From positions 1-43,724 of IMG/VR virus record IMGVR_UViG_3300046739_000187: a stretch of 43,724 nt of DNA; one strand, given 5' to 3'. The notes beneath the pieces are model-generated. The model was not told the origin of the DNA. It saw only the letters and a program-made list of their open reading frames with translations, and did not search any database. The translations under genes were made by a program, and so were the position numbers. Positions 26,804 through 36,230 of the stretch are shown here, one piece after another. Each line of letters starts with the position of its first letter. The first letter of the stretch is position 1. This DNA comes from a virus. Lineage: Duplodnaviria > Caudoviricetes.

Positions 26804-27795
26804 TGACGCTCGTGGACGACCGCGCGCAGATGACCGCAGCCAGCATCAACGACCTCAGCGACAGCGACTTCGCGTACATCGAGCCGGGCGGGACGAAGGA
26901 CTCCAGCGGCAAGACCACACCCCGGTCGCTGCGACACTTCCCCATCCACGACGCCGCCCACGTCCGCAACGCCCTCGCGCGGATGTCGCAGTCACCGTTC
27001 GGCGACAAGGCCAAAGGCAAGATCATGGCGGCGGCGAAGAAGTTCGGCATCGACATGCAGATGAACAGCCGCCCCGACCTGGGCCTGTGCATCCGCGCGT
27101 TCGACTTTGAGACGCGGGGCCGAGCCGGCGACGGCCGCACCCTGGAGGGCTACGCCGCCGTTTACAACAGCCCAGCCCGCATTCGAGACTTCGGCGGCGA
27201 CTTCGATGAGGTCATCCTGCCTGGCGCATTCACCCGCTCCTTGCAGCAGCGGACTCCGGTGATGCAGTGGGAACACGGGAAGGACCCTCGCGTCGGCACC
27301 GTCCCCATCGCCACAATCGAGGAGATCAACCCGGAGGACCCACACGGCCTCTACGTGCGGGCCAGGTTGTTCGACAACCCAGTTATCGAGCCCGTTCGGC
27401 AGGCCATCGCTGCCGGCGCCGTCAGGGGCATGTCGTTCCGGTTCGGCGTCCCCGAGAAGGGCGATACGTGGACCAGACGAGTCGGCAACGTTGATCTTCG
27501 GGAGATCCGCGACGCCGACACCTCCGAACTCGGCCCGGTCGTGTTCCCCGCCTACGACGCAACCTCGGTGTCCGTGCGGTCGCTGCTCGCGCAGCTCGAC
27601 CCCGACGAACACCGTGCACTGATCCGCGAGCTCGCAGCCGAACTTCGGCACGCCGTGGACCTCGAAGACCTCACCGGGCGATCCGCGCAGGGCGCGGGTG
27701 GCGGTGACCCAGACACGGAGCCAGGGAACGGCGTCGTGCCACAGCACCAACTCCCGTACGACACCCTGATCTGGATGAGGAAGAACGATGCCTGA
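26803..27795 (+). CDS. HK97-type prohead protease with extra N-terminal (DUF6582-like) domain
   Basis: LEGYAAVYN, EVILPGAF, WEHG, GMSFRF, ELGPVVFPAY; N-terminal DLSDSDFA...PIHDAAHVRNALAR. Confidence 0.88.
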   Translation: MTLVDDRAQMTAASINDLSDSDFAYIEPGGTKDSSGKTTPRSLRHFPIHDAAHVRNALARMSQSPFGDKAKGKIMAAAKKFGIDMQMNSRPDLGLCIRAFDFETRGRAGDGRTLEGYAAVYNSPARIRDFGGDFDEVILPGAFTRSLQQRTPVMQWEHGKDPRVGTVPIATIEEINPEDPHGLYVRARLFDNPVIEPVRQAIAAGAVRGMSFRFGVPEKGDTWTRRVGNVDLREIRDADTSELGPVVFPAYDATSVSVRSLLAQLDPDEHRALIRELAAELRHAVDLEDLTGRSAQGAGGGDPDTEPGNGVVPQHQLPYDTLIWMRKNDA

Positions 27796-29296
27796 ACTGG
27801 AAATCATCCCCGAACTCCGCGGCAAGGACGTCACCGACCTCGGTGACGCCACCCCGGACGAGCTGCGTGGCAAGCGCCCCGAGGAGCTGGAGCAGTTCTT
27901 GCAGGTGCTCGACGCCCACCTGCGGTCCATCCACCAGGACGAGGACACCGGCGAACTGCGGGACAAGACCCCCGACGAGCAGAAGGCCTTCACCTACGGC
28001 CTGAAGCTGCGGGACAAGGTTGTGGCCCGCATCGACGAGCACCGGGCCGTACAGGCAGTGTTCGCGAAGCGTCCGAAGGCTGTCCAGCAGGCCCTGGCGA
28101 ACATCCGCCTCGGCGGCGACGACGCCTACGGCGACGTGCGGCGCATGAACAACGCCGAGGCCCGCGACCGGGCGCTGCGCACCCTCGACGACCGCAACGC
28201 GGCCTCGCACCTGCGCGAGGACGAGAAGGTCCACGTCGAGCGGCAGATCCGACGCAACCCGGATATCGCTCGGCGGATCCTCGTCACCGAGAACGACGAC
28301 TACCGCGAAGCGTGGATGAAGCTGGTCACCCAGCCGCAGGCCATGGGCCTGCTCACCGACGACGAGCGCAACGCGATGCGCGCCTACGTCGAGTACCGGG
28401 CCGCGTCGGAGGGCACCACCACCGCGGGCGGTTTCGGTGTGCCCGTGTTCATCGACCCGTCGATCATCATGACCGCGCAGGGCAGTGGGAACCCGTTCCT
28501 GTCCATCGCCAAGCAGGTCGACGTCAACACCAACGCGTGGAAGGGTGTCTCCTCGGCAGGCGTCACTTGGTCGTTCGACACTGAGGCCAGCGCCGTCTCC
28601 GACGACAGCCCGACCCTGGCGCAGCCGATCGTGTCCGTGTTCATGGCCCGCGGGTTCATCCCGTTCTCGATCGAGGTCGGCCAGGACTACCCCGGCTTCG
28701 CCTCCGAGATGCAGGGTCTGCTCGCATCCGGCTACGACGAACTGCTGGTGGACAAGTTCACCCGCGGTTCGGGTACCGGCGAGCCGCGCGGCATCCTCAC
28801 CCAGCTGTCGGCGAACACCAACGTGCGGGTCAAGGTGGCGACCAACCCGGGCATCACCGTCAACGACCCGTACAACGTGTGGCAGGCGATCCCCCAGCGC
28901 AACCGGCGCAACGCGTCGTGGCTGATGAACGTGGCCGTCAACAACGCCATCCGGGAGTTGGGGGCGGCGAACGTCTACCACGCCTACACGGTGAACCTGC
29001 CGCAGGGTGCGGTGGAGGAACTGTTCCAGCGGCCCGTCTACGAGTCGCCGTACATGCCGGTGACGACCACGGTCACGACCGCCACCGAGGGGTACGCGAT
29101 CGCCGGGGACTTCTCCAACTACATTGTAGCAAGAAGGGGCGGCATGTCGGTCGAGCTGATACCCCAGATTTTCCAGCAGGCCACAGCTGGTTCCGCCTAC
29201 GGGATGCCCACTGGCCAGCGCGGATGGTTCGCGTACTCCAGGATCGGGGCAAGTTCGGCGAATGATCTTGCTTTCAGGTTGCTCGTTAGTTCCTGA
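27788..29296 (+). CDS. Major capsid protein (HK97 fold with N-terminal delta domain)
   Basis: Helical N-terminus, GGFGVP, GSGTGEPRGI, WLMN, IAGDFSNY; follows the protease. Confidence 0.92.
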   Translation: MPELEIIPELRGKDVTDLGDATPDELRGKRPEELEQFLQVLDAHLRSIHQDEDTGELRDKTPDEQKAFTYGLKLRDKVVARIDEHRAVQAVFAKRPKAVQQALANIRLGGDDAYGDVRRMNNAEARDRALRTLDDRNAASHLREDEKVHVERQIRRNPDIARRILVTENDDYREAWMKLVTQPQAMGLLTDDERNAMRAYVEYRAASEGTTTAGGFGVPVFIDPSIIMTAQGSGNPFLSIAKQVDVNTNAWKGVSSAGVTWSFDTEASAVSDDSPTLAQPIVSVFMARGFIPFSIEVGQDYPGFASEMQGLLASGYDELLVDKFTRGSGTGEPRGILTQLSANTNVRVKVATNPGITVNDPYNVWQAIPQRNRRNASWLMNVAVNNAIRELGAANVYHAYTVNLPQGAVEELFQRPVYESPYMPVTTTVTTATEGYAIAGDFSNYIVARRGGMSVELIPQIFQQATAGSAYGMPTGQRGWFAYSRIGASSANDLAFRLLVSS

Positions 29297-29334
29297 AATC
29301 TCCGCACAGATGGTGTAGTCTGGTAGCAAGAAAA

Positions 29335-29366
29335 GGGTGGCGAGGGGCTCGAACCCCTCGCCACCC
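29335..29366. terminator. 13-bp stem-loop between the capsid and HNH genes
   Basis: GGGTGGCGAGGGG-CTCGAA-CCCCTCGCCACCC. Confidence 0.6.
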
Positions 29367-29387
29367 GCCGGACTACCTATCTGAGAG

Positions 29388-30137
29388 GTGCCCGACGTGG
29401 CTCAGGGTACGTGCGCAGTTGAGGACTGCGATGTCGTTGCTCGTTCTCGCGGCTGGTGCGAGAAGCACTACAACCGCTGGCTTGCACATGGCGACCCGAC
29501 CGTCAAGCTCCGGCCGGGGCGGCCGAAGTCGAACTTTCAGTGCTCCGTGGATGGCTGCGAGAAGGCCGCCAAGAGCATTGGGCTTTGCCCGGCGCACTAC
29601 CGGCGTCATCGACTCGGCGAACCGTTAGACACCCCCCTTCGTCGCCGAAGCCCAGGAGACGTGTGCGAGGTTGATGGCTGCGATAAGCCGTACCGTGCGA
29701 GCGGCCTGTGCTCGATGCACTGGCAGCGCATGAAGGCCACCGGCGCGATCGGATCGCCGCTCGCCACCATCGCCCCCGCCGGGACCGGCTATGTCAACCC
29801 TGACGGTTACCGGATTCTCCAGGTCAACGGCAAGAACGCCCCAGAACATCGCCTTGTCATGGAGCGCCTACTCGGTCGCCCGCTAGAGCCGTTCGAGAAC
29901 GTGCACCACAAGAACGGTCGGCGTGCTGACAACCGCCCCGGGAACCTCGAACTGTGGGTTGTTCCTCAGCCCTATGGCCAGCGCCCCGAGGACCTTGTGG
30001 CCTGGGTTGTCGAGCACTATCCCGACCTCATCGTCGCCGAGGTGGCGCGGAAGGAGATCCATGTCCCAGCCGAAGAAGGCCGCCCCGCCGCTCCCAGCCC
30101 CGCCGCCAGCCTTGGCGCGGGCGTCGGAGTCGGGTGA
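29388..30137 (+). CDS. Free-standing HNH homing endonuclease with three CxVxxC...CxxH repeats
   Basis: EHRLVME..LGR, VHHKNG.R.DNR..NLELW; overlaps the next gene by 77 nt. Confidence 0.88.
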   Translation: MPDVAQGTCAVEDCDVVARSRGWCEKHYNRWLAHGDPTVKLRPGRPKSNFQCSVDGCEKAAKSIGLCPAHYRRHRLGEPLDTPLRRRSPGDVCEVDGCDKPYRASGLCSMHWQRMKATGAIGSPLATIAPAGTGYVNPDGYRILQVNGKNAPEHRLVMERLLGRPLEPFENVHHKNGRRADNRPGNLELWVVPQPYGQRPEDLVAWVVEHYPDLIVAEVARKEIHVPAEEGRPAAPSPAASLGAGVGVG

Positions 30138-30246
30138 TCCGGCGGTGCACCAGGTCATGGCCGAGTTGCAGTCGGCCCGGATGAACGGTGACGCCGACCG
30201 GGCGTCGGCGCTGGTCAAGCAGTTGGCCGTGCTCGGCTACGAGTAG
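30061..30246 (+). CDS. Small post-capsid hypothetical protein
   Basis: AAGGAG RBS then ATG 30061; RASESGDPAVHQ. Confidence 0.7.
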   Translation: MSQPKKAAPPLPAPPPALARASESGDPAVHQVMAELQSARMNGDADRASALVKQLAVLGYE

Positions 30247-30259
30247 TACCCCATAGACG

Positions 30260-30318
30260 CCCTCGTCTCGCGGACGAGGGAAGGAAGCCCCGGACCTCTC
30301 CAGGTGTCCGGGGCTTCC
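30260..30318. terminator. Tandem stem-loops after the head genes
   Basis: CCCTCGTC/GACGAGGG and GGAAGCCCCGGAC/GTCCGGGGCTTCC. Confidence 0.55.
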
Positions 30319-30339
30319 GCATACCTGGAGGAGGAAGCA

Positions 30340-30582
30340 ATGGATGTGGTCTACGCGGTGGATACCGCACAGATCCCAACAGTGGAGTGCGGCGTGGTGC
30401 TGGTCCGCAAGGGCGAGCACTGGCCGGCCGGCGACCCGGTGGTGAAGGCGGCGCCGGGCCTGTTCTCGACGGACCCCCGGTACGGGATGCGGTACAGCAC
30501 CGAACCGGCCGGGTACGACGACCCTGCGGTGGAGCAGGCGACGGCTGGGCCGGGCGAGAAGCGGAACGTGCGCCGTGGCTGA
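30340..30582 (+). CDS. Small hypothetical protein (possibly virion-associated)
   Basis: GGAGGAGG RBS; W.A.DPVV..PGLFS.DP..VEQATAGPGEKR. Confidence 0.7.
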   Translation: MDVVYAVDTAQIPTVECGVVLVRKGEHWPAGDPVVKAAPGLFSTDPRYGMRYSTEPAGYDDPAVEQATAGPGEKRNVRRG

Positions 30583-32038
30583 GCCGGTTGAGACGCTGCT
30601 GGCGGGTGGCATGAGTGTGGAGACCGCCGTCGCGCTGGTGAACAGTAAGCCGATCGGCAAGCCGAAGCACGATGCCGCAGTCCTGGCGTACGTGTGCAGT
30701 AACGAGGTGTCGTACTCGTGGCACAACAGCATGGTGCAGCTCATCGGCTTCGATGCGCAGTTGCATCAGCGTCTTGCCGATGGGCGGGGCGGCTACCACG
30801 GCATGCGCCATGGCACGGGCGGGCTTATCGAGGCCCGCAATCAGGCCGCCTACGACTTTCTGCACGACTTCCCCGAGGCCCAGTGGCTGTTCTGGCTGGA
30901 CACGGACATGGGGTTCCCGCCGGAGACGCTTGAGCTGCTGCTGGAGGCCGCGGACCCGGTGGAGCGGCCGATCGTCGGGGCGCTGTGCTTCTCGCAGCAG
31001 GAGATCGAATCGGATGGGATGGGTGGCCGGCGCACGCAGCCGACCCCGGTCATCTACGACTGGATCACCGTCGATGGCCAGTCCGGGTACGCGGTGCGCT
31101 GGGACTACCCGCGCGACACCGTGACCCAGGCCCACGCCACCGGCTCGGCCTGCATCGTGATCCACCGCAGTGTTCTGGAACGGATCCAGGAGGAGTTCGG
31201 CCCGGTCTGGTATGACCGGATCCCGAACCCGTCGACCGCGCAACTGTTCTCCGAGGACCTGTCGTTCTGTGTCCGGGCCGGCGCGCTGGGCATTCCGGTG
31301 TTCGTCGACACCCGCGTGAAGACGACGCACCTCAAGAACGTGTGGGTGTCGGAGGAGTTGTACACCCGGGAGCGGGTCGCCCTGGCTCTGCTGGAGCGGC
31401 GGCCTGAGGTCTCGGGTGGCATGAAGCGGGTTGCGATGACCCGCGAGCAGGCCTGGACGTTCGACCTCCTGCCCGAGGCCCTCGTGGAGCTGGGTATCGA
31501 GCCCCGGTCGGTGCTGCATGTCGGCGCGCACCGCGGCGAGGAGGTGCCGGTGTACCAGAAGTGCGGCTTCGAGCGGATCACGCTGGTGGAGCCGGACCCG
31601 GAGAATGCCGCGTTCCTGCGGGATGAGTTCCCCGGGGTTGGCGTGGTGGAGTGCGCAGTGGGTCAACAGGCCAGCGTGGCGACCCTGCACCGTGCTGGGG
31701 TGTTCAGTGGCCTGTCGGCGGACGCGAACCATCCGGCTACCGGCGAGGTGTCGGTGGCGGTTGAGCCGCTGAGCGTGATCCAGGCTGAGTATCCGGCGAA
31801 TGTGCTGGTGGTGGACACGCAGGGCACCGAGTTGGAGGCTCTGGCCAGCGGGGACCTGTCCGGGGTGGACCTGGTGATCGTGGAGACGCAGGAGCTGCGC
31901 CGCGGCATGTACGCGGCGTTCTGGCCGGACGCGGTGGAGGCCCTGGGCAAGGTGGGCTTCGTGCCGGCGATTCGTTGGGAGCATGAGCGGCACTTCGCTG
32001 ACACGCTGTTCGTCCGGGCGCCAGCTAGTGCCGGCTGA
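30575..32038 (+). CDS. GT-A glycosyltransferase fused to an FkbM-like SAM methyltransferase
   Basis: ARN, FWLDTDM (DxD), SEDLSFC, HLK; then VLHVGAHRGEE, LVEP, VVDTQGTELEAL. Confidence 0.85.
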   Translation: MAEPVETLLAGGMSVETAVALVNSKPIGKPKHDAAVLAYVCSNEVSYSWHNSMVQLIGFDAQLHQRLADGRGGYHGMRHGTGGLIEARNQAAYDFLHDFPEAQWLFWLDTDMGFPPETLELLLEAADPVERPIVGALCFSQQEIESDGMGGRRTQPTPVIYDWITVDGQSGYAVRWDYPRDTVTQAHATGSACIVIHRSVLERIQEEFGPVWYDRIPNPSTAQLFSEDLSFCVRAGALGIPVFVDTRVKTTHLKNVWVSEELYTRERVALALLERRPEVSGGMKRVAMTREQAWTFDLLPEALVELGIEPRSVLHVGAHRGEEVPVYQKCGFERITLVEPDPENAAFLRDEFPGVGVVECAVGQQASVATLHRAGVFSGLSADANHPATGEVSVAVEPLSVIQAEYPANVLVVDTQGTELEALASGDLSGVDLVIVETQELRRGMYAAFWPDAVEALGKVGFVPAIRWEHERHFADTLFVRAPASAG

Positions 32039-32729
32039 TCTGGTCGTTATCGTCCCGTCGCGTGGGCGGCCGGGTAATGCCCGGCTGCTCGCGCAGGCGT
32101 TCGCCAGCTTGTGTACTGCCGGGACGCGGCTGGTGTTCGCGGTCGATGAGGACGATCCGGCGTTGCCGGAGTACTCCGACCTGCCGCGCGCCTTCCCGGG
32201 TACGGAAGCCCTGGTGAGTGGGCCGTGGCAGCCGATGGTGGCCAAGCTCAACACGGCGGCGGCGTGGGCGGCCAAGCAGGCGTTCGCAGTGGCATTCATG
32301 GGCGATGACCACCGGCCCCGCACCCCCAGCTGGGACACGGCGATGCTGGCCAGCCTGCGGGACCTGGGTACGGGCGTCGTGTACGGCGATGACCTGTTGC
32401 AGGGTGAGCGGCTGTGCACCTCGTGGGCGATGACATCGGACATTGTCAGGGCCCTGGGCCGGATGGTGCCGGCGCCGGTCGAGCACATGTACTGCGACAA
32501 CTCGGTGATGGACGTAGCGAAGCTGGCCGGGTGCCTGCAATACCTGCCGGACGTGGTGATCGAGCACGTGCACCCCCTTGCCGGCAAGGCGGAGTGGGAC
32601 GACGGCTACCGGCAGGTCAACCGGCGTGAGCAGTACAGGGCTGACGAGTTGGCCTACCGCCGGTGGCTGATGGATGGCCGGGCTGCTGACGTGGCTGCGG
32701 TCGGGGCGTTGAGAACTATCCGAGGGTGA
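32028..32729 (+). CDS. GT-A (family 2-like) glycosyltransferase
   Basis: VIVPSRGRP, AVDEDD, FMGDDH, HMYCDN, IEHVH. Confidence 0.82.
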   Translation: MPADLVVIVPSRGRPGNARLLAQAFASLCTAGTRLVFAVDEDDPALPEYSDLPRAFPGTEALVSGPWQPMVAKLNTAAAWAAKQAFAVAFMGDDHRPRTPSWDTAMLASLRDLGTGVVYGDDLLQGERLCTSWAMTSDIVRALGRMVPAPVEHMYCDNSVMDVAKLAGCLQYLPDVVIEHVHPLAGKAEWDDGYRQVNRREQYRADELAYRRWLMDGRAADVAAVGALRTIRG

Positions 32730-32739
32730 GGGGGCGGCC

Positions 32740-33306
32740 GTGTCGGTGATGTATGCGACTGTCGCCGAACTGGGCTCCTACCTGCAGAAGGACCTGAGCG
32801 CGTCGTCGGCGACAGCATCGGCGACTTTGGACTTGCAGGTCGTGTCGCAGATGTTCTCAGTCCGGGCGAACACGATGTTCAACTCGACCACGGTCACCTA
32901 TCAGGTGGTCGGTCTGGGGTACCGGCAGTTGCAGTTGCCGTTTCGGCCGGTCACGGCGGTGTCGGCGGTGCGGATCGTGTCGTCGGCCACCGGGACGCAG
33001 ACGATCACGGACTACTCCCGGATCAAGACGGTCCTGTACCGGCTGATCGGGTTCGGTGTGCCGGGCGTGTTCCCGCCGGACATGGTCGAGGTTGACCTGA
33101 CCCACGGCTACGCCACGGTGCCGGACGACGTGAAGGGCGCGGTGTTGGAGTCGGCGGCCGCCGCCTACCAGGGCCCGGACATCACGGTCGCGTCAGAGGC
33201 GATCGACGACTATTCGATCAAGATGGCCGCGAACACGGGCGGGGTGTCGCTGAGCCCGGCGGCGGAGAAGCTCGCGGACCTGTACCGCGGCCAGTTCGGG
33301 GCGTGA
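32740..33306 (+). CDS. Head-to-tail connector/adaptor
   Basis: YATVAEL, LPFRPVTAV, THGY..VPDDV, SEAIDDYS. Confidence 0.78.
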   Translation: MSVMYATVAELGSYLQKDLSASSATASATLDLQVVSQMFSVRANTMFNSTTVTYQVVGLGYRQLQLPFRPVTAVSAVRIVSSATGTQTITDYSRIKTVLYRLIGFGVPGVFPPDMVEVDLTHGYATVPDDVKGAVLESAAAAYQGPDITVASEAIDDYSIKMAANTGGVSLSPAAEKLADLYRGQFGA

Positions 33307-33307
33307 C

Positions 33308-33703
33308 ATGTCAGCCGACAGGGTCCTGGCCCGCGCCCAGGCCGCCGCGCTGGCGCTGATGGTCGACACCTGCACGGTGAAGCGGCTGGCCAGCACGTCG
33401 ACGGACCCGGAGACGGGTGTGATCACCCCGACGTACACGACGGTGTACAGCGGCGTGTGCAGGGTGCAGCAGCGGGTGCCGCGGGCGACGCCGCAGACGG
33501 TTGGTGAGGCTGAGGTGTTCGTGGCCCGGCTGGAGTTGCACGTGCCGGTGACGGTGACGGGGGTGGCCTCGGACGACCTGGTGAACATCACCGCGTCGGT
33601 GAATGACCCGGATCTGCTGGGCCGGTCGTGGCATGTCCGCGAGTTGGCGCACAAGTCGTTCCAGTCGGCCCGGCGTTTCAGCATGATCGAAATCACGAGC
33701 TAG
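33308..33703 (+). CDS. Head-to-tail stopper (DUF6093-like)
   Basis: LMVDTCTV.R, DPETG, VYSGVCRVQ; gene order. Confidence 0.78.
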   Translation: MSADRVLARAQAAALALMVDTCTVKRLASTSTDPETGVITPTYTTVYSGVCRVQQRVPRATPQTVGEAEVFVARLELHVPVTVTGVASDDLVNITASVNDPDLLGRSWHVRELAHKSFQSARRFSMIEITS

Positions 33704-33715
33704 GGCGGTGACCTC

Positions 33716-34135
33716 GTGACGGATGTCCGGGTGTCCGGCCTGTCGGAGCTGACCGCTGACCTGCGGAAGGCCGCTGACACGGTCGTTGAGCAGGCGAAGA
33801 AGGTTGTCGGGGCCGGCTGCAACAACATCAAGAAGGATGCGAAGAAGCGGGTCACCGGGTACGCGCACCTGCCGCACTATCCGCGCAGCATCAGCTACGA
33901 CGTGACCGCCGCCGGGCTAACGGTGACCGGGGTGGTGGGCCCGAATCACGCGAAGTTGCAAGGTGGCCTGGGCCGGGTGATTGAGCTGGGCACGGTCAAT
34001 AACGCTCCGATCCCGCACCTCGCCCCCGCGCTTGAGCTTGAGCTTCCGGCAACTGAGCGGTACCTGGCGGAGCTGGGCTATGACCTGCTGACGGGGCGGC
34101 CGACACCTGACGGTCCGGTAGTGGACCCGGGATGA
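33716..34135 (+). CDS. HK97 gp10-like neck protein
   Basis: SISYD, ELGTVNNAP.PHLAPA. Confidence 0.72.
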   Translation: MTDVRVSGLSELTADLRKAADTVVEQAKKVVGAGCNNIKKDAKKRVTGYAHLPHYPRSISYDVTAAGLTVTGVVGPNHAKLQGGLGRVIELGTVNNAPIPHLAPALELELPATERYLAELGYDLLTGRPTPDGPVVDPG

Positions 34136-34551
34136 CCGACGGTCTCGACCAGGCCCTTGTCAACGCGGGTCTGACCCTGCTCCGCGCCGATACGGGGCTG
34201 ACCGTCTACGACGGGGTGGTTCCGTCGCCGACACCAGCGCCGCCGTACGTGGTGGTCTACACGAGCATTGACCGGCCCGCCGATACGCCTTCCGGTGCCC
34301 TGGCTCTGGCTGGCCTGTCGAATCACTGGACCGTCTCCTGGTTCTGCCACTGCGTCGGCGGTGACGCCATGGCGGCGCGAGCGGTCGCGCAGCGGGTGCG
34401 TACGCAACTGCTGGATGTGCGGCCGACGGTGTCGGGGTTGACGTGTGGGCTGATTCGTCAGTCGCAGTCGGTGCCCCCTACGCGGGATGAGACGACCGGC
34501 GTGCTGGTCATGGACGCGCTGCGCGTCTTCGAACTCTTCGCTTCGGCCTGA
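34132..34551 (+). CDS. Tail terminator
   Basis: VYDGVVP...PYVVVY; position before the tail tube gene. Confidence 0.7.
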   Translation: MTDGLDQALVNAGLTLLRADTGLTVYDGVVPSPTPAPPYVVVYTSIDRPADTPSGALALAGLSNHWTVSWFCHCVGGDAMAARAVAQRVRTQLLDVRPTVSGLTCGLIRQSQSVPPTRDETTGVLVMDALRVFELFASA

Positions 34552-34588
34552 GGCGATCTCACCATCATCTACCTGGGAGGACGCTGGC

Positions 34589-34927
34589 ATGGCCGCGCTC
34601 ACCGCTACCCGAGGCACCCCGACCGGGGCGACAGCCACCCCTGGTGCGGTGGCTGCCTCCGACACCATCTCGTCCAGTCAACTCGGCCAGTACGGTGCCG
34701 ATCTGATCATCTTCAACGGCGGCGCATCACCTGACACGGTGGCGATCTCCGACGCGGGGAAGACCCCGGCTGGGAATGCCGGCAGCACGTCGGGCGGGTC
34801 GGTGACGAACGGCACGAACAAGACGTTCCACATCTCCCGGCAGGCCGTGGATCCGACGACCGGCCTGGTCACGGTGACGCACACCTACACGACCACGGTC
34901 ACCTACCTGCTGATTCCGCTCGGGTGA
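34589..34927 (+). CDS. Small structural protein (possible tail decoration)
   Basis: GGAGG RBS; Thr/Gly-rich, beta-strand-like 112 aa. Confidence 0.65.
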   Translation: MAALTATRGTPTGATATPGAVAASDTISSSQLGQYGADLIIFNGGASPDTVAISDAGKTPAGNAGSTSGGSVTNGTNKTFHISRQAVDPTTGLVTVTHTYTTTVTYLLIPLG

Positions 34928-35136
34928 GCGCCGTGGACTGGGTGTGGCTGGAGAACCCGGAGACGGGTGGCCGCCAGCAGTTCCACGCCGGTGCGGCCCC
35001 GACATGGCAGTTGCTCGGCTGGCGGCCCTGTGAGGCCCCCGAGGTTGTGGACCCGGCCGTCGAGGAGCGGGACCGTATCGCCGCCGAGCAGGCACCCAAG
35101 ACCCCCAGCAGCCGCAAGACCGCGAACAAGGAGTAG
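34924..35136 (+). CDS. Hypothetical protein
   Basis: GTGA overlap; 70 aa. Confidence 0.6.
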   Translation: MSAVDWVWLENPETGGRQQFHAGAAPTWQLLGWRPCEAPEVVDPAVEERDRIAAEQAPKTPSSRKTANKE

Positions 35137-35139
35137 GAC

Positions 35140-35622
35140 ATGGCTGACATTTTCAGCGATGGGATGACGCGCGTCGCGTACGTGGCTGCCATCTCCAACC
35201 AGGCCGCCCCGACGGTTACCGAGCTGAATCTCGGGATTCTGTTGCAGTCGCTGATCACGGCCGATGGTCTGGTGGGTTTCGAGGCGACGACCGCGGACGT
35301 GGACAACTCGGCTCTGGACAGCACCTTCGACACCGTGGGCATCGGCCGCGACAGCTACAGCGGCACGCTGCTGCGGCTCAAGAAGCAGACCGTGGGTGCG
35401 GACACCGCCTACTCGACGCTGATCCGGGGCGCGCCCGGTTTCATCGTGATCCGCCGTGACGTGCCGTCGACGACGGCGTGGGCTACGAACGACGCGGTCG
35501 AGGTGTACCCGATCGTGTGTGGCCGGCGGAAGCGGCTGGCGCCGGAGAAGAACACCGTCACCAGGTACGAAGTGCCAACGAAGATCACCAGCGCGCCGTC
35601 GCCGGACGCGGTAGTCGCCTGA
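35140..35622 (+). CDS. Major tail (tube) protein
   Basis: APTVTELN, GFIVIRR, VEVYPI; upstream of the chaperones and tape measure. Confidence 0.82.
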   Translation: MADIFSDGMTRVAYVAAISNQAAPTVTELNLGILLQSLITADGLVGFEATTADVDNSALDSTFDTVGIGRDSYSGTLLRLKKQTVGADTAYSTLIRGAPGFIVIRRDVPSTTAWATNDAVEVYPIVCGRRKRLAPEKNTVTRYEVPTKITSAPSPDAVVA

Positions 35623-35690
35623 CCTGACTGGCCGACAGCCCACGACCCCGGGCTGTCGGCCTTCATCGCTGTGGGGTCGTAGGGGTCGAG

Positions 35691-36230
35691 ATGGTTGATG
35701 TTGCGGCGCTGATCAAAGCAGCGAAACGGCCTGAGCGCACGGTGCAGGTGTTCCTCGCCGGTGACCAGGTCGCCGAGTTCGAGGAGTTGGACCGGCAGCG
35801 TGAGGCCGCGCAGCGGCAGGGCACGGAGTCGCTGGACGCTGGCCCGGCTGTGGTGCTGGCCCAGCGGATGAAGGAACTCCGCACGCGGATGGCCGACAGT
35901 GCGGTGACGATCCGGCTGCGGGCTCTCTCGCGGCTCGCGTACGACAAGCTGCTGGCCGAGCATCCGCCGCGACGCGGCGACGATGGCGAGGTGTTGCCGT
36001 CGGACCTGTCGGGGTTCAACTCGGCGACGTTCTACGAGCCGCTGATCCGCGCGTGCTGGGTTGAACCGGTGCTGGACCCGGAGGTGCTGACGCAGCTGCT
36101 GGATGAGGTGCTGTCCAACAGGCAGTTCGATGAGGTCGCGATGACGGCGCTGGTCGTGAACCGGGGGACGGTGGACGTCCCTTTCTCGCCCGCCGCCTCG
36201 CGACTTCTCAGCAGCTCAGAGACCGAGTAG
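35691..36230 (+). CDS. Tail assembly chaperone (G)
   Basis: LRAL..YDKLLAEHPPR, VN..VDVPFS; position. Confidence 0.8.
   Translation: MVDVAALIKAAKRPERTVQVFLAGDQVAEFEELDRQREAAQRQGTESLDAGPAVVLAQRMKELRTRMADSAVTIRLRALSRLAYDKLLAEHPPRRGDDGEVLPSDLSGFNSATFYEPLIRACWVEPVLDPEVLTQLLDEVLSNRQFDEVAMTALVVNRGTVDVPFSPAASRLLSSSETE

Noticed and set aside
30215-32587. 790-aa minus-strand ORF (likewise 27671..29329 and 36603..37901)
   Set aside because: Antisense to well-supported structural and glycosyltransferase genes; no recognisable motifs
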